From Tolypothrix carrinoi HA7290-LM1 (GTDB lineage: Bacteria > Cyanobacteriota > Cyanobacteriia > Cyanobacteriales > Nostocaceae), in NCBI GenBank assembly GCA_019358935.1, contig JAHHIK010000112.1:1-26921 (forward strand): a stretch of 26,921 nucleotides of DNA, written 5' to 3'. Under the pieces are notes generated by a model, which worked only from the letters and a program-made list of their open reading frames with translations, was not told where the DNA came from and did no database searches. The position numbers and the translations under genes are program-made. Positions 1-8,623 of this stretch are shown here, in pieces (position 1 is the stretch's first letter; the number at the start of each line of letters is the position of its first letter).

Positions 1-2
1 TT

Positions 3-821
3 AAAGGTAATCATCCTACACTTCATGAACAGGTTAAGGATTGGTTTAATCAAGCGATCGCTCTCAATTTTGAGGGTATAACCTTTAGTTACGATGAACG
101 GATCGAAAAAGGGCATCACCGTACTGAAAAGAGACAGGTTTGGACTGTACACAAGTTCAGTTACCTCCGCTACATCAACAAGCTGACTGGCTAGGGCTGT
201 TGACAGTTGTGATGGTTGTGCGAGTACGACATTTATGGGACAAAACTACCCGCGAAGTTCAGTTTTATCAAAAAAGGCAGAGGGCAGGAGGCAGCTATGC
301 TGAAGGAATACTGCCTCCTGCCCTAGAAGTGTGACCGAAGGGAACAAGGGTTTAAGACCCCCACTGAACAAGAGTTCAGTGGCTCCAAGTCAGGAGGGGG
401 CGGCGGTTCGCCGGACAGAAGGTTCTGTCCGGCGACACGCCTTTTTTCATCCCCTTCTGACTTGTTCCTTCTGCCCTCTGCCCTCAGCATAGCTGCCTTC
501 TTCAATTGACTAGTTTAGACAGCGATGCCTGCAAATTAGGGAAAGCTATCCGCCTGCATTGGAGCGTTGAGAATGGTCTACATTGGACTCTGGATGTCAC
601 TTTCAACGAAGATGCTTGCCGTGTCCGAACGGGACATGCACCACAGAATCTTGCTTTGTTAAGACGGATTGCACTTAATGGTTTAAATCGAGAGCAATCT
701 TTCAAACGTAGCAATCGACAAAAATCGCTCTCGTGCCGCAATGGATGATAATTATATGCTTACTATTCTTGAGGCTTGTTTATGTCAACATAATGATGCT
801 TCTAAAACCGCTTGTCAATAG
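3..821 (+). pseudogene. ISAs1 (DDE_Tnp_1) transposase pseudogene, 5' end outside the window
   Basis: Frame 3 reads KGNHPTLHEQV...EKGHHRTEKRQVW; frameshift near 150 to ...TTREVQFY; insertion at 269-505; then LTSL...IRLHWSVENGLHWTLDVTFNEDACR; second frameshift near 730 to RAAMDDNYMLTIL...CQ* (TAG 819-821). Confidence 0.9.
269..505 (+). mobile_element. 237-bp non-autonomous structured mini-element (IS200/IS605-type ends suspected)
   Basis: Removing it restores TTT TAT TTG ACT (F-Y-L-T) with no duplication. It ends in TTCAA, has a 15-bp IR (289-303/484-498) and internal hairpins at 281-324, 361-382 and 408-435. Confidence 0.8.
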
Positions 822-908
822 CATTTGAGACGCGCTTACCCTGTCTGAAATCTCCACAATTTTCATGATGTAACAGTACGTTATGCACATTTTTTAGGGA
901 CTTGAATA

Positions 909-1412
909 TCATCCAACGCTTTCATGGAGCCAATCTGTTCGGTTCAGGCTATAAACCGAGCAGTCATCGTCACCAAACCGTCGGTGTTCGACAAATTGGA
1001 AGCCGAGACGTTCATAGAAGCGGTGAGCGCGGGTATTCCTGGCAAGTGGATCGATGAGTACAGCCGTCACAACTGGGTCGGCGAAACATCGGGCAAGTGC
1101 AAGCTGCATCATTTTCGTTCCATACCCTTTACCCAAATCGTTCTCCTCTCCAATCCAGATGTCAATGGCACGAAGACCCTCTGGAATATCACCCCAATAA
1201 TGGCTATCCTCACGCGCTGGATCGATGATTTGGATAAATCCGATGGGACGACCATCGATTTCGGCTATCAATTGCTCCCGACCATCGGGAGTGCGGTCAA
1301 GTTCTACTTCCCAACCCCAGTCATCATTAGGGTCTGAGGAAATTACGTGAGGTTGCTCATCCCAGTGTTGCAGCAGTTCCAAATCAGCAGAGGTGGCAGG
1401 TCGTAGGTTCAT
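909..1412 (-). CDS. GNAT family N-acetyltransferase (AAC(6')-like)
   Basis: AIDIWIGE..LGKGYG and N.RA.RFYERLGF acetyl-CoA motifs; ATG at 1412 (alternative GTG at 1415). Confidence 0.88.
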   Translation of the reverse strand: MNLRPATSADLELLQHWDEQPHVISSDPNDDWGWEVELDRTPDGREQLIAEIDGRPIGFIQIIDPAREDSHYWGDIPEGLRAIDIWIGEENDLGKGYGTKMMQLALARCFADPVVTAVLIDPLARNTRAHRFYERLGFQFVEHRRFGDDDCSVYSLNRTDWLHESVG

Positions 1413-1437
1413 CACAACTTCTTGAACGTTAAAGTTA

Positions 1438-1869
1438 TTAGTTCTCTAATGTCGGTGCAAACTGTGCAAATAGCTCTGCTCCTGTCATATTCTTAGTTTC
1501 ATTGGCAAAAGAGTAATATTCGGGCTTTTCGTCAATGAAAACCTGATGCTCGAAAATAAGACCTTCGCTATTATCGAAGAGTCCAACAGGCATGAAGTAT
1601 TGGTTATTTTGTTTCAATCTGTAAAATAGATGGCTACCACATTTCTGACAGAATCCACGTTCTGCCCATTCGGAAGATTGATAAACGCCGATATTGTCTT
1701 CACCCTTAAAACTAACATCACTGCCACACTCAACGGCTAAAAAAGCTCCTCCGCCCCACTTTCTACACATATTACAATGACAAGCTCCCACGAGATTGCT
1801 CATATTTGTCGTGGATATGCTTACCGCTCTACACAGGCAGCTACCTTTGACAACACTAAGATTAGACAT
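1438..1869 (-). CDS. GFA/CENP-V family Zn-binding protein
   Basis: GSCLC, CHCNMCRK and RGFCQKCGSHLF motifs; ATG 1869 preceded by GGAGAG. Confidence 0.9.
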   Translation of the reverse strand: MSNLSVVKGSCLCRAVSISTTNMSNLVGACHCNMCRKWGGGAFLAVECGSDVSFKGEDNIGVYQSSEWAERGFCQKCGSHLFYRLKQNNQYFMPVGLFDNSEGLIFEHQVFIDEKPEYYSFANETKNMTGAELFAQFAPTLEN

Positions 1870-1912
1870 ATTCTTCTCTCCTATCCCTTGAGGCATAACT
1901 ATTACAATATTA

Positions 1913-3607
1913 TCAAAACGGTGTATTTGCTCGTAAATGCACAGTTTGTCCGGTTTGCGGATGCTGAAAGCGAAGTTCTCTAGCGTGCAGATGTAAGCGA
2001 TTTGCGTTGTTTACGCATCCATAAAGGCGATCGCCTAATATACTTACCCCAAGTCCTCTAACATCGGCAGCATGAACTCTCAGTTGATGGGTGCGTCCAG
2101 TTATTGGTATAAATTCTATACGAGTGTAGTCTTTTTCTCTCGCAATTACCCGGTAGTGAGTTAAGCTGAATTTACCGCACTCATCGACTTTCTGATATGG
2201 GCGATTTTGCGGATCTCCCGATAATGGCAATTCAATCGCACCTTGATCAATTGTCAGCAAACCGGAAAGTACCGCTTCATAAACTTTGTAAATTTGGCGT
2301 TGCTGAAACTGTTGGCTGAGTTGACGATGAGAAAAGCGATCGCGTGCTAGCAAAAGTATACCAGATGTTTCTTGATCCAAACGATGCACAGATGCGATCG
2401 CCATGCCATCAGGTAACTTTTGATGCAAGCGAGTCAAGACACTATCTTGGCGATCGCGATAACGACCAGGCACAGAAAGCAGTCCTGGAGGTTTATTTAC
2501 AGCAATTAGCCATTTGTCTTCATAAATAATCGGTAAGACCTCTCCCCTACCCCTCTCCTGCAAGGAGAGGGGATAAATTACTCCCCCTTCCCTCCTAGGG
2601 AAGGGGGTAGGGGGGTTAGGTCTTAATCCTGACAATAAAAACCCCATCAATGGCTGACAGCGTTCCACACAAGCACCGTAAAATTCTCCTTGGATTTTGT
2701 CTTGATTCACCGAAGATGCACCCCACCAAAACTCAGCCATTGCTAGAGGTTTGAGGTTGTGTGTTGCCGCATAGTGCAGCAGCTTTGGGGCACAACAATC
2801 TCCCGTTCCAGTCGGCAACCCTGTTGGTATTAATTGCTGCAAACATTGCGATTCCCCTAGAAAATTCACTAGGGTATAAGCTGCGTGCATCTGCGTTTGT
2901 AATTGGCGGGAAAGTTGTTTGCGCTGTTGTTTCAGTTCGCGAATCTGTATATCTGCGGTTTCTATTATCTGCTGAAGCGGTTGCAATGTTTCATCTCGTA
3001 AACGTTTAAGGTGTCGTCGCTCAATTTTCTGCTGACGACTTTCTTCATCGAGTTGTTCAAGGGCAATTATTAAAGCTTCTCCAGTCAGCGTTTGGCAGAG
3101 TATCTGACGTTTTTCGTGTCGTTGCTGTTTATAATTTTGATGGCGATCGCTCAGAAAGTGCAACTTTATATCAAACTCGCTTTTAAGCGTTTCGTATTCC
3201 TGCCTTTGGGGAAGTTGCTTTAAAGTGATAATTTCCTGCTTGATAGCTTCTAACTCAGCCAATGTGCGAGCTTCTTCTAATGCTACTTCATCACGTCCGG
3301 GAATTGGCGGAACCCAGCCCTCAACTATGCTGTTACCATTGAGAAGACCGGAGAAGGCTTTTATTATCCGTTGTTCGCCTAATGGTAGTTCTAGCAGTAA
3401 TATTCCATACATCTTCCCTTCACGACAGTATAAGTCATTTTGGGCGAGATGTTGCATTAATTTATGAGCGATCGCCTCTACCAATGAAGTCCGGGGTAGT
3501 TTCACAAGTTCGCCATCAGCACAACGCCCTTGATAATAATAGCTAGGAGATGAGTCACTGACTGTATAATTGTCGATAAAATCTGAAAGCGGATGAAGAA
3601 TTACCAT
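1913..3607 (-). CDS. RluA-family pseudouridine synthase with N-terminal extension and coiled coil
   Basis: NKPPGLLSVPG, catalytic HRLDQETSG, TGRTHQLRVH, ILGDRLYG and LHLHA motifs. Confidence 0.93.
   Translation of the reverse strand: MVILHPLSDFIDNYTVSDSSPSYYYQGRCADGELVKLPRTSLVEAIAHKLMQHLAQNDLYCREGKMYGILLLELPLGEQRIIKAFSGLLNGNSIVEGWVPPIPGRDEVALEEARTLAELEAIKQEIITLKQLPQRQEYETLKSEFDIKLHFLSDRHQNYKQQRHEKRQILCQTLTGEALIIALEQLDEESRQQKIERRHLKRLRDETLQPLQQIIETADIQIRELKQQRKQLSRQLQTQMHAAYTLVNFLGESQCLQQLIPTGLPTGTGDCCAPKLLHYAATHNLKPLAMAEFWWGASSVNQDKIQGEFYGACVERCQPLMGFLLSGLRPNPPTPFPRREGGVIYPLSLQERGRGEVLPIIYEDKWLIAVNKPPGLLSVPGRYRDRQDSVLTRLHQKLPDGMAIASVHRLDQETSGILLLARDRFSHRQLSQQFQQRQIYKVYEAVLSGLLTIDQGAIELPLSGDPQNRPYQKVDECGKFSLTHYRVIAREKDYTRIEFIPITGRTHQLRVHAADVRGLGVSILGDRLYGCVNNANRLHLHARELRFQHPQTGQTVHLRANTPF
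2534..2625. mobile_element. 88-bp MITE-like element with TA duplication, in frame inside the RluA gene
   Basis: TA-AGACCT...AGGTCT-TA termini and two internal hairpins; 88+2=90 bp; encodes RPNPPTPFPRREGG...RGRGEV. Confidence 0.8.
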
Positions 3608-3744
3608 ATAAGGCTATAATATCAAATCTCGCTCCAAAAATTGTCTTTCCTACCCTTATTTTCGGCAATTTTTAAGGACTATTATCCGACTTTGAAGCTT
3701 AACTGAACCGTATTGGTTAATGCCCTATGAAGATATGAAAAGAA

Positions 3745-3766
3745 GGGACGTTCTTAAGAACGTCCC
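3745..3766. terminator. Perfect 22-bp palindrome, probable terminator of the DHOR-like gene
   Basis: GGGACGTTCTTAAGAACGTCCC, followed on the - strand by TTCTTTT, about 50 bp after the stop at 3814. Confidence 0.65.
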
Positions 3767-3813
3767 CGTAGTGAAATTTACTTTCAATCAATCTTAGAGA
3801 TATTCGAGAGCGT

Positions 3814-6228
3814 CTACAACTCTCTCAAGAAATCAATCATCGCTTGTTGATCAGAAGGTGTCAAAGAACGGAAACGAGCGATAGATTCGCGTGCTTCACT
3901 TCGATGAGTTGTCGAAAGCTCACTGTTATAAGGTGGGCAAATGACATTCTCAGGTGATGTGCCGTATAAGCTGTAGTCGATAACATTGCCGATTATATTG
4001 GTGACTCTGCCACCTCTGGGAACAGGGCATCCACCACCCCGCAGCTTAGAAGTTTTAAAGTCATCCGGTGCTGGCAGGTCATGTAACTCAATTGCTGCCA
4101 GAATCGCATCGTCTACTGAGCGAACAACTAAAGGTGCGTTGGTCACTTCGCTATTGGTCGTTACAGTACCCGCAGGCGTGGTGTCACGGTTGAAGGTACT
4201 TAAGAAAACACGACCATCATGCAGGAATGGGGGACCGACTCTCCCAATTCCTGTCAGAGGTGGTGTCCGGAACTGATCGCCGTCAGCAGTACCTTTCTGG
4301 TTTGAGAAGGCATCACTACTCAGGTTGCGGGGGAGATCATAGGTCATGAAGGTCTTGCCGAATTTACCTTTGCGCTGCTTATCTCGATCATCGTCATCGG
4401 AATCTTTGCCGGATTTGTCACGACGAACAATTATTTCAGAGCGGCTGATCAGGATGGGGTCGCGGGGAGTTGGCGCAAACCGTTCAGCATCTATGGTTGG
4501 GCCTCTATGGATATTAAAATCTGAGAACAGAGGAGCCCAACGGTAGCTCAGAGCATCTACAAGTGCTTGTCCATCAGGGCCCAAGGATGGGTCGCCAAGA
4601 GCCGGAGACAAACCAGTTCTTTGAATTGGAGTATGACAACTGACGCAACCAACCATGCGATCGCTCTGGTTAATCGCATTGCCATCTCGACCATCGCCGC
4701 GTTTAGGCATCCTATCGGCAATCGTCCGGTTAGCAAAGGCAACCAGGTCAATACCAAAAAGCTGCGCCCCTCGTTGTACTCTACCAGCAGGGCTGTTGCC
4801 TCTGATAGGCCTGGAGGGATTTCGGGAATTTAGCACCGCCAAGAGATTGTTGCCAAATTCTGGGGGAGCCGTCCCGCGGATGAAATTGCGCGCACTAAAT
4901 GGGATGCTGACAGGAATCTCTGGATCATCGATTAAACTGCGGCAGTTGCGATTATAGGGGGCAATGTTGCCGTCAGCAATCACTTGCTCAAAAGGAGAGA
5001 TCCGGTTGGTCATGCTCAGAGTACCAAACGTCCCTCCCACAATAAACTGCATCATCTCTGTACCATTGGCACGTAAACCAAAACGCCCTAGTCCTTCGGC
5101 GAGTTGATCCTCTCTGCCACGAGCCACATTCGGAGGAATTGTATTGTTCCCACCTGTGATGCAATCACCCGTACACTGAAACAAAGAAGTGTTGAGGGAG
5201 GAATTGTCACCTCTGACATCGTTGGGGTCAGGCACACTGGCAATATCGACGTTTGGAATAGCCTCTACCAACCCACGAGCAATATATGGGGGACCAGCAA
5301 GTTCAGTAATAGCACGTCTAAATCCAAGTGGACTCTGTCCCGTAATTGGATCGACGGTTCCGAGGTTTCTATCTTCTGCAATGCTGGGGATAGCCTCTGG
5401 TCTGCAATCTAAACTTGGGTCTAAAGCTTTCAGTTCTTCAGTCGGAGGGCGCACATGTTGCAAGAAACCACCAAAATTCTGAGTTACACCGAGGAAATTT
5501 GGCGTATTAGTCAACGGATCAAAAGATGTCCGAAAATTGACCTCTTCTTGACTGGGTGAAAAGTCTCCAAAGACTGTAAAGGCTGCGGTTCGCCCTGTAT
5601 TATTAACCGCATCTAATTCTCCACTGGTGTTTAGACTCAGACGACTTAAGTCAACAGAACCATCGGGATTGACCGGATCTAAGCGTCTACCGGGAGCTTG
5701 ACCGCCATTTGTAGTATCGCCTGATACAATACTGAAGTTTGTGGTAGTTGTCCTGCCAGCTCGACTGACGAGAGAAGAACCTGTGAGTAGTCCTTCATTG
5801 GGAACTGACTCAATGTTATTCAGGTGACAACCCGTACATCGAGTTTGCATGCCTACCGACCCGAAACCGTCCTCAACTTTTTGTGGGGTAGTAAAGAACT
5901 CAGACCCTTCTATCACTCTTTCACGAATTGAGGTTGGTATAGAAGGATAAAGTAATCTATCCAACTGCGGCAAAGTTTTTACGGGGGTAAGTCCGACATC
6001 GCCATAGGTGTCCCGACGCACACGCTCCGCTGGACGCAGGGGGCGATCGGGAGGTTGAACCACAAAGTTGGTTGCAACCTCGGCTTGGCGGCGGACCATT
6101 AAAGTATCTTCGTCAGGAAGAGGAATCTGACCGAACACTTTGAGTGGGTTAACATAAGCAATCAACACTGAAATGCTCAAAGATAAACCCACTATCATCA
6201 AGACACTGAGAAGTTTAAGTCTTCGCAT
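3814..6228 (-). CDS. Exported di-haem oxidoreductase (DHOR)/thiol oxidoreductase-like c-type cytochrome
   Basis: N-terminal basic plus hydrophobic segment; two CxxCH motifs (CTGCH, CVSCH); GRFGLRA, FRTPPLTGIG..PPFLHDGR and C-terminal F..L...DQQAMIDFLREL. Confidence 0.8.
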   Translation of the reverse strand: MRRLKLLSVLMIVGLSLSISVLIAYVNPLKVFGQIPLPDEDTLMVRRQAEVATNFVVQPPDRPLRPAERVRRDTYGDVGLTPVKTLPQLDRLLYPSIPTSIRERVIEGSEFFTTPQKVEDGFGSVGMQTRCTGCHLNNIESVPNEGLLTGSSLVSRAGRTTTTNFSIVSGDTTNGGQAPGRRLDPVNPDGSVDLSRLSLNTSGELDAVNNTGRTAAFTVFGDFSPSQEEVNFRTSFDPLTNTPNFLGVTQNFGGFLQHVRPPTEELKALDPSLDCRPEAIPSIAEDRNLGTVDPITGQSPLGFRRAITELAGPPYIARGLVEAIPNVDIASVPDPNDVRGDNSSLNTSLFQCTGDCITGGNNTIPPNVARGREDQLAEGLGRFGLRANGTEMMQFIVGGTFGTLSMTNRISPFEQVIADGNIAPYNRNCRSLIDDPEIPVSIPFSARNFIRGTAPPEFGNNLLAVLNSRNPSRPIRGNSPAGRVQRGAQLFGIDLVAFANRTIADRMPKRGDGRDGNAINQSDRMVGCVSCHTPIQRTGLSPALGDPSLGPDGQALVDALSYRWAPLFSDFNIHRGPTIDAERFAPTPRDPILISRSEIIVRRDKSGKDSDDDDRDKQRKGKFGKTFMTYDLPRNLSSDAFSNQKGTADGDQFRTPPLTGIGRVGPPFLHDGRVFLSTFNRDTTPAGTVTTNSEVTNAPLVVRSVDDAILAAIELHDLPAPDDFKTSKLRGGGCPVPRGGRVTNIIGNVIDYSLYGTSPENVICPPYNSELSTTHRSEARESIARFRSLTPSDQQAMIDFLREL

Positions 6229-6442
6229 TATTTTTTTCCGCCTTATTCAAGATTGAGTAAGACAAGCTGAAGATCGCGAATTCCATATTGGATTTGTATC
6301 CTCTACTTACGATTAAGTATGAAAAGTAACAACAGAGTGATAATGGTACTTAGATATTGATTTCGCAAACCCTAAGGGTAATTACATATATACTTTACGA
6401 CAATATTAAAGTAAAGCCATATAGGACTAAATATTTCTACAT

Positions 6443-6466
6443 AAAAAGCCCTCCATCGTAGGGAGG
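6443..6466 (-). terminator. Intrinsic-terminator-like hairpin just after the group II remnant
   Basis: The - strand reads CCTCC-ctacgat-GGAGG-gc-TTTTT. Confidence 0.5.
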
Positions 6467-6471
6467 ATTGC

Positions 6472-6548
6472 GTAGAGTCGATGGGAGGTATTATCCTCCG
6501 CACCTTTGTGGCGCGAACCGTGCGTGCCACTTTCAGGGCACACGGCTC
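6472..6548 (-). ncRNA. Group II intron domain V plus domain VI-like 3' end (orphan)
   Basis: The - strand reads GAGCCGTGTGCCCTGAAAGTGGCACGCACGGTTC (6548-6515): 34 nt, AGC triad, GAAA loop, AC bulge. It continues through a GGAGG/CCTCC stem to CGACTCTAC. Confidence 0.85.
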
Positions 6549-6654
6549 CGGATATTTGAGCGGATTTACCCCCAGGCAAATGCACCTAAAATAGCTTGAC
6601 AATGTATCTGTTATGTGTATATACGTAAAATGATAAATATGATTGATGTGTCAA

Positions 6655-6876
6655 CAAAGAAGGGGGTAGGGGGTAGGGTGTGGGGTGTGGGGAACCCCAT
6701 CCATAAATGGAGGGGCTTGATACAAGGACACCTTGTTTTTTCAGGCTGCTTACTCAAAACAAATATTTTTTTCTCTCCACGACTCAAGTCGGGGGCTTGC
6801 ACATAAGTGGTGTGTGGGAAACAACCGCTTTCCCTACCCCCCCACACCCCACACCCCACACCCCGTTCTCGGTCAA
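6655..6876 (+). mobile_element. About 222-bp STRR-armed mini-element with IS200/IS605-like hairpins
   Basis: Starts CAAAGAAGG and ends TCAA; inverted (GGGGTGT)n and (ACACCCC)n arms; internal hairpins CCCCATCCATAAATGGAGGGG and CTCCACGACTCAAGTCGGGGG. Confidence 0.7.
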
Positions 6877-6977
6877 TATCTGACCCGAACCAGGCGATCG
6901 CCTTCTTTGAATAGCAGCCAAAGTGTTGATAAAAATTAGAGATTATCGATCGCGAATGAGCGCAAAACACATCCTAA

Positions 6978-7002
6978 GTAGCGATAATTCATGAATTATC
7001 GC
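6978..7002. repeat. GTAG-type REP-like palindrome
   Basis: GTA followed by the perfect palindrome GCGATAATTCATGAATTATCGC (6981-7002). Confidence 0.65.
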
Positions 7003-7146
7003 ACTCGTAAATTTTTGCGTAAGTCTTAACTCGATTAATTACAGGGTAAGCATCGTATACCTTTAGTTTAGGAAACGATGCAGCGTCTATGCACTTGATA
7101 ACATTGCCATTTCACAACCAAAAATAAAGTTACAGATGCGATCGCC

Positions 7147-8484
7147 TTACTTTTTAATTGCCTTAAACCGTTCTTTCGCACTTTCAAAAGCAACTTGCAT
7201 CACTGACTGAATCTTCTTCGGATCGGGTTTTTTGCCCCCCATCAAATCACCGAAGTAAACACAAGCACCTTCCCCCAACGACCAAGTATAAGCTGCTGCC
7301 CAAGATGCAGCAATTACGCTACCAAAACCTGGTATAAATTTAATTAACTCGCGGGCGATCGCCTTTGCCAGAAAACCACCTGCGATCGCACTTACCAAAC
7401 CCCCCGCTTGCGATGGTGTCAGCGTCTGTCCATACAATTTACCCAACAACCCCACCATCGATACTTGCAATGCGGTTAATACTGGCATTGTCGCTAGTGG
7501 CAACGGTACCGCCGCCAGGGTAGCCGCCATAATTGCAAATGCTAGCATGTAACGACGCCCTACATCGCGGTAGAGGTTGCCAATTTGCTCACCAGCAGAG
7601 CGATCCAATAACTGATAAATTGCCTGAGATTCAGCCTCTGGAAGTAAATCTGCTAAAGTATCTCTCAACGCTTCTAAACCATAAAATACTGGTGTGTAGC
7701 CGTCTTCTTCTAAAGTAAAATCGATCATGATAGAGCGATCGCACACTCCACTAAAAGCTTGCTCAATTGCGGCGAATGCTCGCTTGACTTCCTGATAATC
7801 TGGTGGATAAGCCGGATGATCTGCCGTACCGGGAGGATAAACTTCATGCAAGCAAGTAACCGCTAGCAAACAGGGAATATCTGGATATTTCTGACGTAAT
7901 TCTTTCGCAATTTGTCGTAACGAGTCAACAGCAAAGTCGTTGATTTTCACCGTGAGAATCAAAATTCTCGCACCGCGACTTTCTTTTTGCAAATCGCCAA
8001 TTAATTCCTGAATAATTGCCTTTTGCTCTTGATACACATCTCCCAAACCGACCGTATCCGTAAAAATGAGTAAAGGCAGGTCATTTGAAGGATAAGCGTA
8101 ACGTTCAGTATGTTGCGTATGCGGACGATATCCTTGACCGACAATCTCGGCAGAAACTCCCGTCAGTCCCCGGACAATCGAACTTTTTCCGGCTTGCGGC
8201 TTACCAATCAGCAACGCTTCAGTAGTTGGTAATTCGGCGCGAACTGTCTGCAAAATCTCTGCAACTTGAGCTTCGCTGACGCTCAACTGTTTGACAAGCC
8301 TTTGTGCTACTTGCTCTAGGGGTAAAAGTTGCATCATGCGGCTTGTTGCATTATTCCAGACTCCAGCGATGCGGTTTTTACTGAAATTATTGCCCGAAGT
8401 TTTCACATCATCAATCGATTCATTCGACTGCTGAGAATCAGTTGATGGCAAGTTAGCATCATTTTGCTCAGTCATTTGCATCAA
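7147..8484 (-). CDS. GTPase domain plus DUF697 (YcjF-like) protein
   Basis: P-loop GKPQAGKSS, DTVG and a C-terminal hydrophobic AVPLP...KFIPGFGS region; the start could be 8481 or 8475. Confidence 0.85.
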   Translation of the reverse strand: MMQMTEQNDANLPSTDSQQSNESIDDVKTSGNNFSKNRIAGVWNNATSRMMQLLPLEQVAQRLVKQLSVSEAQVAEILQTVRAELPTTEALLIGKPQAGKSSIVRGLTGVSAEIVGQGYRPHTQHTERYAYPSNDLPLLIFTDTVGLGDVYQEQKAIIQELIGDLQKESRGARILILTVKINDFAVDSLRQIAKELRQKYPDIPCLLAVTCLHEVYPPGTADHPAYPPDYQEVKRAFAAIEQAFSGVCDRSIMIDFTLEEDGYTPVFYGLEALRDTLADLLPEAESQAIYQLLDRSAGEQIGNLYRDVGRRYMLAFAIMAATLAAVPLPLATMPVLTALQVSMVGLLGKLYGQTLTPSQAGGLVSAIAGGFLAKAIARELIKFIPGFGSVIAASWAAAYTWSLGEGACVYFGDLMGGKKPDPKKIQSVMQVAFESAKERFKAIKK

Positions 8485-8623
8485 GGTAGATAGAGTCTAT
8501 CATTCAGGACGCTTCATGTTTTAAATCCAGAAGATCCCCTGTAGTCATTTTAGTTGATGAGACGATCAGCCGATAAAATTTTATGGCAAGCGTGAAAAGT
8601 TAGGCACTACCGTGTTGGAGATA

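Larger units (their letters stand above)
1..843 (+). mobile_element. ISAs1-family insertion sequence, 3' part (degenerate); right end at about 843
   Basis: Transposase remnants followed by TTTGAGACGCGCTTACCCTG (824-843). ISAs1-family ends typically read CAGGG...CCCTG. Confidence 0.8.

Noticed and set aside
3698..3715. CTTAACTGAACCGTATTG as a mobile-element terminus
   Set aside because: It resembles a Nostocales repeat end from memory, but no partner end was found in the window.
6296..6330. NtcA boxes upstream of the DHOR-like gene
   Set aside because: Spacing or half-sites do not fit GTA-N8-TAC.
6228..6471. Circularly permuted group II intron continuing after DVI
   Set aside because: The downstream sequence is AT-rich and short, with no convincing GUGYG start or domain I.
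6540..6590. c-di-GMP-I riboswitch on the + strand
   Set aside because: Only superficial similarity; the GNRA-capped P2 and GCAAA junction are missing, and the opposite strand matches DV.
6372..6970. Short ORFs 6372-6602, 6611-6970, 6615-6806 and 6733-6939
   Set aside because: They are translations of intron RNA and repeat arms.
7042..7053. CAGGGTAAGCAT as a second ISAs1 end
   Set aside because: Only about 10 bp match the 843 end and no transposase follows.
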